Notes: generated by a model not told the origin, from the letters alone. DNA of 64,000 nucleotides from Mobula hypostoma (GCF_963921235.1 NC_086097.1:235664001-235728000); one strand, 5' to 3'; counted from the first letter of the stretch, positions 11,831-23,164 are shown. Program-made: numbers and translations.

Positions 11831-12949
11831 CACTTCCAAGGACCCTTCATCTCCAGTTCTCTGTGTTTAATGCTTAATTAATTATTTATTATTATTGTCA
11901 TCTTTTTTGTATTTGCACAATTCATTGTCTTTTGCACATGAGTTGTTGGTCTGCCCTGTAGAGTATGGTTTTTCATTGATTATATTATGGCTTTTGGATT
12001 TATGAAGTAAGAAAGAAAATGAACCTCAGGGTTGTATATGGCAACATATATGTACTTTAATAATAAATTTACTTTGAACTTTAAAGGGTCTCAACCTAAA
12101 ATGTTGACTGTTCATTTCCCTCCACTGATATTGCCTAGTCCACTGATTTCCTCCAGCATTTTGCATGCTGATCTGCAACATTTGTAGATTGTGCAATGTT
12201 TTGTGTCACCCTGTAGGCTGCGTTGAATGAATGGGACAAGATGCAGTGTAGAACCTGCAGGCACTGTTCACAGAGGAATGGAAACGATATAAGCAAAAAT
12301 ACTGTATAATGGGATTATTATCAGAGCCTGTGCTAATGGAACCATAATGAAATTCCAGCTTTGAAAACTACCACAGTGAATCTGAGGACTGTTGTGACAT
12401 GTTATTGCAATGGCTTATTCTGGGTAGCGCACACTGTGCTGCAAAGAGTCGGCAAGAGACCCATAATTTGCATAGGATAGCAATAATATTTTGCATAATT
12501 CACCACAGCTAAAAATTAATCATGCAAGGTGCATCACTACCTGAGTATTTTTCAGCAATCAGTTATTCTGTTAATCCTATTCATGTGCACTGCAGCACAT
12601 CTTCTCCAGTTTGGATGAGCATCATTAGAAGCTCGAAGAAAACAGGCACAGAATGTTCTTTGTCATTCAATATTATAAATTATTATTTTAACAATGCTGT
12701 AGACTTACTGAACAGGATTTTTTTCTTGAATAATGAAATAATGAATCAGAAAATTGTTATTGGGAGGAAGCTATGATGCTTGTCTTGGTAACTATTTTAA
12801 TATTTTAATAAATAATGATATTTGTGGTAGAAATCGACTGATGAAGAACCTCTCCCCTTTTTAACAAGTTTCTCCATGCATTAAATTCCTTTGCTCTGTA
12901 TTTTAAGATGCAACACAAACATTTCCGACTTTGGATGAAAGACGTTGAT

Positions 12950-13490
12950 GTCATAGTGTCATTGAAAAGTACAGCAGAGAAGCAGACCCTTCGGCCCTTC
13001 TAGTCCATGTCAAGACATTTGAACTGTCTAGTCCCATCGACCTGCACTGGGTCCATAGCCCTCCATGCCCCTACCATCCATGTACCTACCCAAACTTTTC
13101 TTAAATGTTGAAATTGAGCTTGCATGCATCACTTGTGCTGGCAGCTTGTTCCACACTCTCACGGCCCTCTAAGTGAATAAGCTATCTCTCATGCTCCCCT
13201 TAAACTTTTCACCTTTCACCCTTAACCCATGACATCTGGTTGTAGTCCCAGTGGACAAAGCCTCCTTGCATTTATCCTATCTATACCCCTCATAATTTTG
13301 TATACAGCTGGCAAATCTCCTCTTAGTCTTCTACGTCCCAAGGAATAAAGTTTTAACCTATTTGAACTTTCCTTATATCTCCAGACTTGGCAACATGGTT
13401 GTAAACATTCCTTGTATTATTTCAACCTTATTTACATCTTTCCTGTGGGTAAGTGACCAAAACTGCACAGAATACTCTAAATTAGACTTC
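12950..13490 (-). mobile_element. CR1 LINE 3' fragment
   Basis: Reverse complement of the CR1 3'UTR (GGCCCTTCGGCCC-type stem) and RT C-terminus (CAGTTTTGGTCAC). Confidence 0.8.
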
Positions 13491-14116
13491 ACTTCACCTT
13501 ACAGTCAAGCAGCATCTTTGGGAAGAGAAGTAAGTTAGTGTCAGCTGATTTCTCTTTCCTAAGGTGCAACTTGGCTGACTGAGCTCCTTTAGCATTTTTG
13601 GTTTTTGTTTCAGATACCAGCGTCAGCAGTTTTATTTACTTTCCATATTTGAAGTATAAATCATTTTTGTTTTCTCCGCAGATGTTGCCTCATCTTTCCA
13701 GTCTTTCCAAAATTTATGATCTTTTTATGATCTGCACCAGTCACAGTCACTTCAGAACTCAACTCTATTAATTTCAGTGAAACTGAATACAGTATGCAGA
13801 CTCTTCATCCACTCCCATCATTGAAACGGCTGTGCAATATTCATGTCAGGACTGCCAATCTCAAAACCTGTTACTTCTCACAAGCCTTCAGGCTGATCTA
13901 CAGTAGCACAAAGCGCTGGAGGAACTCAGCAGGTCAGGCATCATCTATAGAAAGGAATAAATGGTCAATGTTTCAGGTCTAAAACCTTCAGCTGGACTGA
14001 GCTGATCAACACTTCCACACATTAACTCACCCCCACCACCACTACTTGTAACTCCTTGTCAAAGTCATCTTACGTACATACTCCTGTACCTAGCATCACT
14101 TAATGTATATACAATC

Positions 14117-14357
14117 TATGACACTTTGTAACCCCAAAACTAATCAAACATAAACACTGGGGATAATGTGTGTACTTCTTAGTTTTGTTTTCCTTTGCTT
14201 TTAGCTCGGCGTGCCCTTATGACATGGTGGTATAATGACGCACGCCATTCACGTACTTTTACATACAACCCTAGTAAATTATGTAAGCAAGAATGCTTAA
14301 TCAAACAACATGCATACAAAATTGTTCAAATATTACTGAAATATTAAATACACAACA
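14117..14357 (-). mobile_element. Probable short solo LTR (241 bp)
   Basis: Flanked by the direct repeat CAATC (14112-14116 and 14358-14362). Minus strand starts TGTTGTG and ends GTGTCATA (CA end mutated). Confidence 0.55.
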
Positions 14358-14397
14358 CAATCAATCCTTGTATCTGCAGACTATTCTTATGTATTTA

Positions 14398-14941
14398 CAC
14401 TCAATGACCACCTCCTGTATCTTATAAAGTGGCCGCTGACTGTATCTTCATGGTCTTCTGCCGATGTAACCCTTCCACTTCAAGGTTGAATGTGTTGTGC
14501 AATCAGAAATGCTCTTCTGAACACCACTGTTGTAATGTGTGATTGTCTGAGTTAATGTCGCCCTTCCATCAGATTGAACCAGTCTGGCCATTCTCCTCCG
14601 ACATCTCTCATTAACAAGGCACTTTCACCCATAGAACTACCACTTATTAAGTTATTTTGTTTTGGGGACCATCTCTGTAAAGTCAATAGATTGTTCTGCA
14701 TGAAAATCCTAGGAGATTAGCAATTTCTGAGAAATTCAAACCACCCTAACTGCAACATCACTCCACGGTCATTGTAGTTAGATCACATATTTTTCCCACA
14801 ATGATGTTTGGTCTGAATAACAACCAAACCTCTTGGCCATGTCTGCATGCTTTTATGCATTGAGTTGCTAACACATAATTGACTGATTAGATGTTTGCAT
14901 TAACGATGTGCAGGGGTACCGAATACAGCGGCCACTGAGTG
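14398..14941. mobile_element. Non-autonomous Tc1-like element (MITE)
   Basis: TIRs CACTCAATGACCAC and GCGGCCACTGAGTG, preceded by TA; an extra inner TIR-like copy at ~14424-14442. Confidence 0.7.
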
Positions 14942-15043
14942 CATATTTATTGTGTATTTATTGTGTTTTTTTGTGTTCTTTAGGCTTATTGTGTTTTTTT
15001 AATGCAGCATCAGATCTGGAGTAACAATCATTTTGTTCTCCTT

Positions 15044-15530
15044 TCATCATCATCATCATCAGGTGCCGTGCCCAGTTTGAGCTTTGACTGCCATGGCCCA
15101 CACACTCCTGTTTCGGGTCAAGTGGATCAATTCATTGGTATTCATTTCCAGTTCTCTGGCTGCTGTCTCCATCATCATTTGTCTTTGTCTTCCTCTTGCT
15201 TTCTTCCCTTCAATCTTTCCCATAATTACTGTGCATTCTAGCTCCTCTTTCCTAATTGGCCTGAAACGTCGACTGCACCTCTTCCTAGAGATGCTGCCTG
15301 GCCTGCTGCGTTTACCAGCAACTTTTATGTGTGTTGCTTGAATTTCCAGCATCTGCAGAATTCCTGTTATTTCCAATGAAGTTACGTTGCCTTTTCATGA
15401 TCTCATGCGTTATTTCTCTTTTTGTGTTTGCTCTGTTCATGACATCCTCATTAGATATTCGTTTCGTCCATGATATTCTTTGCATCCTCCTCAAAAACCA
15501 CATCTCTGCTGCTACAATTCATTTCCTCAT
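15044..15530 (-). mobile_element. RTE-clade LINE 3' end with (GAT)n tail, interrupted by a PLE terminus
   Basis: MWFLRRMQRISWTKRISNEDV...GKIEGKKARGRQR...AQTGHGT*; (CAT)n on plus strand at 15044-15061. Confidence 0.9.
15258..15372 (+). mobile_element. Penelope-like terminal fragment inserted into RTE, carrying the 3' half of a hammerhead motif
   Basis: GGCCTGAAACGTCGACTGCACCTCTTCCTAGAGATGCTGCC is near-identical to the reverse complement of 41763-41803. Confidence 0.85.
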
Positions 15531-16445
15531 TCCTTCACTTCCTCAAGGGATATGGGGATAAGGCAGGAACGGGGTACTGATTGTGGATGATCAGCCATGA
15601 TCACAGTGAATGGCGGTGCTGGCTCGAAGGGCTGAGTGGCCTACTCCTGCACCTATTGTCTATTGTCTAAATGGCTGGCCCAATTAACTGGAATCCACTG
15701 TATTTATGATTTGAAATGATCTGCTGTAACGCATGCAAAACTAATTTTTTCACTGTACCTTGGTACTTGTGACGAATATAAACAAATTCCAATTATTCCC
15801 AACAACAGATTAGAAATGGTTACCTTATTATAGTGATATTTTCATCTATATTTTAGAAACTGCATCAGATTACAATTCTTAAGTATATATAAGGAATACT
15901 TTCCAAGCAAGAAAACAGAAGTTTTATTTACTAATCATTGCCTGATTTTGTTTATTCATAAAGAATTTTACACTCAGCAATACATTTTATTAGAAAATTT
16001 TAAGAAAATCAAGCTATTTTAAATCCAAACTGTTAAGTGTGTCAAATCTAGAAACTATATCCCATTATATTTGATATCGTATGTGGAAATGTATAATAAT
16101 TTGCTTGTGATCTTATAATTAGTATTTTTCTGTTCTTTTATGTTCAAACTGATATAAGATTAAGAACCAGATTATGAAACAATATTTAGCTCCTGAGATT
16201 AGAGTTATATGTTTCCAGGACTTCACATATTGCATTGTCAGAAGGAAGATCTTTATCTACTTTAGGTCTCAAGCAAAATTTGATAAAGTGCTAAAATGTA
16301 GTTATGGTTTTAATTGATGGCTTTGGGTTTCATCACATGATTCCAATGATAACGTTTTCACAAAATCCTTGTAGCGTCACTTCTTTCAGCATTTACAGTT
16401 ATCAGCACTTATATGTACTAAAGCACTCTATATATTGACATATTG

Positions 16446-17524
16446 CAAAGAGTGGGAATGAACGGGACCTTTTCAGAATGGCAGGCAGTGACTAGTGGAG
16501 TACCGCAAAGCTCAGTGCTGGGACCCCAGTTGTTTACAATATATATTAATGACTTGGATGAGGGAATTAAATGCAGCATCTCCAAGTTTGCGGATTACAC
16601 GAAGCTGGGCGGCAGTGTTAGCTGTGAGCAGGATGCTAAGAGGATGCAGGGTGACTTGGATAGGTTGGGTGAGTGGGCAAATTCATGGCAGATGCAATTT
16701 AATGTGGATAAATGTGAAGTTATCCACTTTGGTGGCAAAAATAGGAAAACAGATTATTATCTGAATGGTGGCCGATTAGGAAAAGGGGAGGTGCAACGAG
16801 ACGTGGGTGTCATTATACACCAGTCATTGAAAGTGGGCATGCAGGTACAGCAGGCGGTGAAAAAGGCGAATGGTATGCTGGCATTTATAGCGAGAGGATT
16901 CGAGTACAGGAGCAGGGAGGTACTACTGCAGTTGTACAAGGCCTTGGTGAGACAACACCTGGCGTATTGTGTGCAGTTTTGGTCCCCTAATCTGAGGAAA
17001 GACATCCTTGCCATAGAGGGAGTACAAAGAAGGTTCACCAGATTGATTCCTGGGATGGCAGGACTTTCATATGAAGAAAGACTGGATGAACTGGGCTTGT
17101 ACTCGTTGGAATTTAGAAGATTGAGGGGGGATCTGATTGAAACGTATAAAATCCTAAAGGGATTGGACAGGCTAGATGCAGGAAGATTGTTCCCGATGTT
17201 GGGGAAGTCCAGAACGAAGGGTCACAGTTTGAGGATAAAGGGGAAGCCTTTTAGGACCGAGATGAGGAAAAACTTCTTCACACAGAGAGTGGTGAATCTG
17301 TGGAATTCTCTGCCACAGGAAACAGTTGAGGCCAGTTCATTGGCTATATTTAAGAGGGAGTTAGATATGGCCCTTGTGGCTACGGGGATCAGGGGGTATG
17401 GAGGGAAGGCTGGTGCAGGGTTCTGAGTTGGATGATCAGCCATGATCATAATAAATGGCGGTGCAGGCTCGAAGGGCCGAATGGCCTACTCCTGCACCTA
17501 TTTTCTATGTTTCTATGTTTCTAT
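16446..17524 (+). mobile_element. Young 5'-truncated CR1 LINE with an uninterrupted RT C-terminal ORF (327 aa)
   Basis: GVPQSSVLGPQLFTIYINDLD...KFADYTKL (FADD changed to FADY) through to the natural stop at 17426; 3' stem-loop GGGCC-GAAT-GGCCT; (TTTCTATG)n tail. Confidence 0.97.
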
Positions 17525-18376
17525 ATCTTTAAAGATGAATTAAACTGATCATACTATGTAGAACAACTAAGTAAAATACTTGTAATTGTATCCTCATTAA
17601 TACTTGAATTACAGGTCTAATTTATCTAAGATATCCATTCTCCAATCTTAATTAAAATTTGAGTTGTTGAGATTTAAAATTAATTGTGAATAAATCAGTT
17701 TAATTGTACTGTTATATAATAATAGAATCAGACATTCTATTTCTGATGTAATTTAAATATTTCATAATGTTCACATCTCTCTGTAGGCTTGAGCCAGTCT
17801 CTGCAATTTCCTCAAGGATCATAACCCTCAGCTATCTGCATTCCTTGCATTAGCAATTTCCTTTGCACTACCATTAAAAATTGCCTGGACTATTATCAGA
17901 TTGTTTTGTTACGCCTGTTATTAAGGTTAATGATGAGAATATTCTTTTCAGGATGAGACAGGGGGAGAGCAGCTATGTCTAGAAGAGAAGCAAGGAGCCA
18001 GGTTAGTGGTCCATGTTTAAATGTATTCCTACTTCACTCCCACCCCATCCCCTCATCATTCGTGCCAAATGATAACAGCCACACAACTGACTGAGATTAA
18101 CAAGAGTCAGTTTCAGAGAGTTAGTGAAAGGAGAGAGGATAAGCAAAGAGAGGATGGGAGGAAGAGAAGCAATGGAGAGAAAGTGAGAGATACTGTTCTT
18201 GCCCTCTCCTTTTCTCTACCTTCCTATTTTTTTGCCTCCCTTTTCCGCTTCACCTCTCTATTTCTTTCTTGCACCCTTTCCCCATTTCTGCAATTGCCCC
18301 TTCTCATTCTGCTTCCACCTCTCTTAAACTCTCATTCTTTATGTCCATTATATCCATTGTATCGCTCTACCTCCTG

Positions 18377-18384
18377 CTCTCTCG

Positions 18385-18416
<32 letters not shown>
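18377..18416. repeat. Compound microsatellite (CT)n(CA)n
   Basis: CTCTCTCGCTCTCTCTCTCTCTCACACACACACACACACA seen directly. Confidence 0.95.
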
Positions 18417-18709
18417 AACATTCACTCACTCTCTCACCTCCTCTTTTACCCTTCCTATTGCTACCCCTCAGTTTTAGTTCTCTTCTACCTAATATAGCTG
18501 AGATCAGTCTTGGAGCAAGACCATTATTCCCACACCTCCCTCCACTCTATGGAGAGTTGGGGGTAAGGGAATGGTTTCCATTGTTGTTCAGTGGATGAGG
18601 TGGTTTGTATGGCCCAACACTGGTATGGGATGTGGAGACCTCATGCTTATGGCGCAAAAAGTTATAAGAAAAACATTTTTAAAATTACTAACAAGTTTTT
18701 TTTTCTAAA

Positions 18710-19095
18710 ACAAGAGGAAGTATGCAGATGTTGAAAATCCAGAGCAACACACACAGAATGCTGAAGGAACTTAGCAGGTCAGGCAGCATCTATGGAAAAG
18801 AGGAAACAGTTGACGATTCGGGCCAAGACCCTTCATCAGGACTGAGAAGGAAGCGGGAAGATGCCAGGATGAAAAGATGGGGGGAAGGAAAAGAGGCTAG
18901 CTGGTGGACTTAGGGAAGTGGGAAAGGTCAAGGGCTGAAGAGGAAAGAATCTAATAGGGGAGGAAAGTGGACCATAGGTGAAAGGGAAGGAGGAGGGGAC
19001 CCAGTGGAAAGCGTAACATCACAGTGGGGAATAGAGGAAGGAGGTGGGGAAATTTGTTCGATGAAAGGAGAAATCGATATTCGGGCCATCAACAG
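18710..19095 (-). mobile_element. Penelope-like element 3' terminus with hammerhead motif
   Basis: Minus strand at 18807-18844 reads CAGTC-CTGATGA-A-GGGT-CTTG-GCCC-GAAT-C-GTC-AACTG; purine-rich UTR (plus strand) follows. Confidence 0.8.
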
Positions 19096-19788
19096 GTTTT
19101 CTTCAAAGCTGCATATTTAAGTGTTAAAAATCTTGATATTGTGTTAATGCATGTTTACCAGCAATAAGTTGTCACCCCTTATTAAACTGATTTCCCTGAA
19201 CCTGGTGGTATTGGACCTACAGCTTTATACCCTCTGTCCAATGGCAGTATTGAGAAGAGAGCATGGCCGGTGGTGGATGGTGGATGGTGGCAGGAGTAAG
19301 CCAATTGTCTTCTTATATCAGTCAGTAAAATTATGACTAATTTTTTACTTACTTGTCCTTGCCTGCATCAACTCAATGCCCATTCCTAAAAGATGTTGAT
19401 CTACACTCTGAACATTCTGAGTGATTAAGCCTTTCTAAAATCTCTTGGGTTGAAAATCCTGGACGTAATTATTTTTCTCCTTGAGATTAATGATGATGTT
19501 TCTGGATTAGTATTCAAATATCTTAGCTAATAATATGGAGACATGAATTTAATTTTCATCAAAGCAGCCAAAAAATGTAAGTTCAGTAAATTAAACACAT
19601 TTGGAAAAAAAACCTAATATCAATAATGGTAACTAGCGGTTTGTCATAAACTCCCATCTGTTTCATTAATGTGCTTCAGGAAATTGAATCTGCTGTTCCC
19701 AGTCAATCTGTCACTACCCAATCTGGCCTATACATAATTCCCAGAACTATGGTAAAATGGGTGAATCTTAAAAACCTAGTTTGATTAT

Positions 19789-19888
19789 TGTCCATGTCAA
19801 AAGTCAATAACAATAAAACCATCTATCATCTAAAGTGTCCATGTCAAAAGTCAATAACAATAAAACCATCTATCATCTAAAGTGTCCA
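19789..19888. repeat. Perfect 47-bp tandem duplication
   Basis: TGTCCATGTCAAAAGTCAATAACAATAAAACCATCTATCATCTAAAG at 19789-19835 and 19836-19882, then TGTCCA. Confidence 0.95.
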
Positions 19889-20254
19889 GTCCAGAATGAC
19901 ATTCATTCGGCAAGGGAATATCCCTGGGACTCCAAACATTGACTCAAAACACATGCACAACCCTCCCCATATTCGATGACATCTTCAAGAGGCAGTGACT
20001 TAAGAAGGCAACTTGACATCACTGACACCTTCAGCATCTGGGACATGTCTTTTCCTTATCACTACAATTAGGAAATAGACCCGTACTCAAAATTTATGAA
20101 CAATTTCTTTCCCTCCGCCTTCACATGTCTTTATGTTCCAGCACCAATGGGCTATGTTATTCTTTCTATTTGCACTATATATTTATTTTTAAATTTGTAA
20201 TAATGTTATGTCTCTGCACTCTACTGCTGCCACAAAACAACAAATTTCATGCCA

Positions 20255-20395
20255 ACACAAGGAAATCTGCAGATGCTGGAATTTCAAACAACAAACATAA
20301 AAATTACTGGTGAACGCAGCAGGCCAGGCAGCATCTCTAGGAAGAGGTATAGTCGACGTTTTGGGCCGAGACCCTTCATCAGGACATATCAGGAC
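20255..20395 (-). mobile_element. Short PLE-derived insertion (terminal repeat only) with hammerhead motif
   Basis: 11-bp TSD ATTTCATGCCA (20244-20254 and 20396-20406). Minus strand reads GTC-CTGATGA-A-GGGT-CTCG-GCCC-AAAA-C-GTC-GAC at 20352-20385. Confidence 0.85.
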
Positions 20396-20669
20396 ATTTC
20401 ATGCCATATTAGACAGTGATTATAAACATGATTTTCATTCTGATAAAGTCTCATTGGTTCGACTTCATGGGATCTAGCCATTGCCCACCTTCAGTAGTTC
20501 CCCATTTTAAACATCATTTGTAAAAAGTGCCGAAGGAAGGTAGCAAAAGCTTCATGAATACTCTGGATGTAAGCCTTCTGTGCTCATCAGTTAAGCCTGA
20601 CTAATTAAATAAGCTGCTCTGCTTAAGTATGTGGCAAGAGGTAAGAGAGTCAACAAAGGAGATCATGCA

Positions 20670-21160
20670 CAGACCTGTGCAAATCTTTTAGGTATTTATA
20701 TATAGCTAGGATGTCTAAGACTTCTGCACAGTACTGTATTTGCCAACGTGGAACAGAGAGCGAGATTATAAATTTGGTTGGAGCAAAGCATATTGGGAAT
20801 GGGAGGGTGAGGGACAAAGGGCAAAGGAGGAACACCGGAGGGGGGTAGGTGGTGCAGATGCAGGCACACAAGCCCTGGGAGTTCAGGCAGGGTCATTTGA
20901 TTCCAAACAACTGGTTTATTGATTATTACAGAATATCTCTCTGGTACTTCGTGCTCCCCACCCCTCTCCCTTCCCCTTTTCCCAACCATGAATACCCTCT
21001 CTCTGCCCCCTTCCCACTCTCAGTCCACAATTGCGACCCATATCAGAATCAGGTTTATCATCATTCAATATGCCATGAAGTTTGGTTTCCTTTGCTGCCG
21101 CAGTACATTGCAATACATAAAATTATGTGGAAAAGTCTTTGCCAACCTAGCTATATATAC
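20670..21160 (+). mobile_element. Composite MITE-like element (CAGTACTGTGCAAAAGTCTTAGGCAC-type TIR family), copy 1
   Basis: Homologous to 56795-57257 (inverted) and 58187-58600; contains TIR-like units TAAGACTTCTGCACAGTACTG. Confidence 0.7.
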
Positions 21161-21164
21161 AGTG

Positions 21165-21635
21165 TGTATCTTTAAGAGCTCTATCTAACTCTTTCTTGAA
21201 AGAATCCAGAGAATTGGCCTCCACTGCCTTCTGAGGCAGAGCATTCTACAGAACCACAACCCTCTGTGTGAAAAAGTTTTTCCTCAACTCCGTTCTAAAT
21301 GGTCCACCCCTTATTCTTAAACTTTGGCCTCTGGTTCTGGACTCCTCCAACATCGGGAAAATGTTTCCTGCCTCTAGCGTGTCCAATCCCTTAATAGTCT
21401 TATATGTTTCAATCAGATCCCCTCTCATCCTTCTAAATTCAAGTGTATACAAGCCCAGTCGCTCCAATCTTTCAACATATGACAGTCCCGCCATCCGGGG
21501 AATTAACCTGGTGAACCTACGCATCACTCCCTCTATAGCTAGAATGTCCTTCCTCAAATTTGGAGACTAAAACTGTACACAATACTCCAGTTGTGGTCTC
21601 ACCAGGGCCTTGTACAGCTGCAGAAGGACCTCTTT
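21165..21635 (-). mobile_element. CR1 LINE 3' fragment
   Basis: ORF 21246-21557(-) RKDILAIEGVMRRFTRLIP...FRTELRKNFFTQRVV. Confidence 0.92.
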
Positions 21636-21936
21636 GGGACAAAAAGCAAATCAAGAAAATAGCCATGATTTCCTTCATTTATTTCGGATACTGTGCCACT
21701 TAATTGTGACAGGAGACTGTTGCCGAGCATTTTCTAACTTGCGTCAGTCGTGTGTATGTTGTGTAGCTGTTAGACTGAACTGTTTTTAAACAGCATCAGT
21801 TACATGTGTTTGTGTTCAAAATGCTGTGATTTTTGTGATAGTTAGTGAGAAATAAGCAATAAGACAATTCAGTATTGTTTTGCTCGCTGCAGTTTCAAGC
21901 ATTCGGACTTGGAAATGCCAGAAACAGCCAAGAGTG

Positions 21937-22456
21937 CTGGGGTGCATCACAACCTGCTATGGAAGTTGTCCTGTCCATGACCGGAAGAAGCTGTAGAAGA
22001 TCATGAACGCAGCCCAGCACATCACATAGACCGATTTTCCGTCCTTGGACTCACTTTACACCATGCGCTGTTGGAGCAGTGCTGCCAGGATAATCAAGGA
22101 CACGACTCACCCAGCCAACGCACTTTTCATCCCTCTTCCCTCCGGGAGAAGGCTCAGGAGCTTGAAGACTCATACAGCCAGATTTGGGAACAGCTTCTTT
22201 CCAACTGTGATAAGATTGCTGAATAGATCCTGACCCGGATCTGGGCCATACCCTCCAAATATCTGGACCTGCATCTCGGATTTTTTGCACTACCTTACTT
22301 TCCATTTTTTCTATTTTCTATTTATGATTTATAATTTAAATTTTTAATATTTACTATTGATTTGTACTCCAGGGAGCGGGAAACGCAGAAATAAATATCG
22401 CTGTGATGATTTACGTTCTAGTATCAATTGTTTAGCGACAATAAAGTATAAAGTAT
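21937..22456 (+). mobile_element. Rex1/Babar-like LINE 3' end
   Basis: SAARIIKDTTHPANALFIPLPSGRRLRSLKTHTARFGNSFFPTVIRLLN; (AAAGTAT)n tail; TSD AGAGTG/AGAGCG; same family as 54199-55737. Confidence 0.9.
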
Positions 22457-22544
22457 AGAGCGAAAATGAAAGGACTTCACTACTTCAGCAAGTTAGGAAC
22501 TATGAAGAATTTGAAGGTGCCGACAATTGTCCTGAATGTTACCT

Positions 22545-22985
22545 TTGGTCCCCACTGGACACTCAACTCTCACCTGTGGCTCCTAGTAGCTGTATCCATG
22601 TGACAGTAGCCACACCCTGATACACTACTATGACAGGTGCGCTAAAACAGTTGAGCATAGCCAACAGGTCTCTGGTGAGGTAGGGACATGCCTGTCCTAG
22701 CGTGCAAAGTTAGCTCTGGCAAGCTGAGTGGATGAGAGCTACAGTGAGATCCAATGACCAGGAAGGCAGTTCTGCAGCGCTCCGCGGAGAGTGAGTGGCA
22801 TGACAAGAAAGAGAAAGCATGGTCATCCACAGTAACCAGGGAAGACCTCAGTTGTGACATCTACTCATCTCACGAGTTCCAGACTTGTGAAGTCGAGAGA
22901 AGGAAACTGCTCCAGCGCAACGGCTTTTCCGCTTTAAAAATTCTTCCACACGTTTCCTGTCATCGCCAGGTATGATGAACAGCAG
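22545..22985 (+). mobile_element. Non-autonomous retroelement (Vingi/RTE-like 5'UTR) with a possible decayed HDV-like ribozyme
   Basis: GC-richer insert inside the Tigger remnant with no ORF; complementary segments described in findings. Confidence 0.4.
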
Positions 22986-23164
22986 CCAGTAATATTCTAA
23001 TTTGTTCTGTCTTTCAATTAAATACAGAATTTCTTACTCAGTTAAATGGTTTGTGCTGTAAGAGTCCTCTATCTGGAAGTAACATTCTTCAAATAGCCAG
23101 ACAGTTAAAAAAAAAGCTGTGCAGAATTCCCTCCCACCCATCCTTTCTCACCCCTCGGCTCTTC

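Larger units (their letters stand above)
21640..23055 (+). mobile_element. Tigger/pogo-derived non-autonomous element, interrupted by two retroelement insertions
   Basis: 21680-21820 matches the reverse complement of 28470-28630, and 22990-23050 resembles that of 27670-27730; the 27640-28635 copy retains transposase sequence. Confidence 0.6.

Noticed and set aside
16443..17426. Domesticated or functional reverse transcriptase gene
   Set aside because: 5'-truncated CR1 lacking the N-terminal RT motifs, with the catalytic DD changed to DY; the open frame reflects youth.
18021..18598. 158-aa and 109-aa ORFs
   Set aside because: Translations of purine/pyrimidine tracts and a (CT)n(CA)n microsatellite with no recognisable domain.
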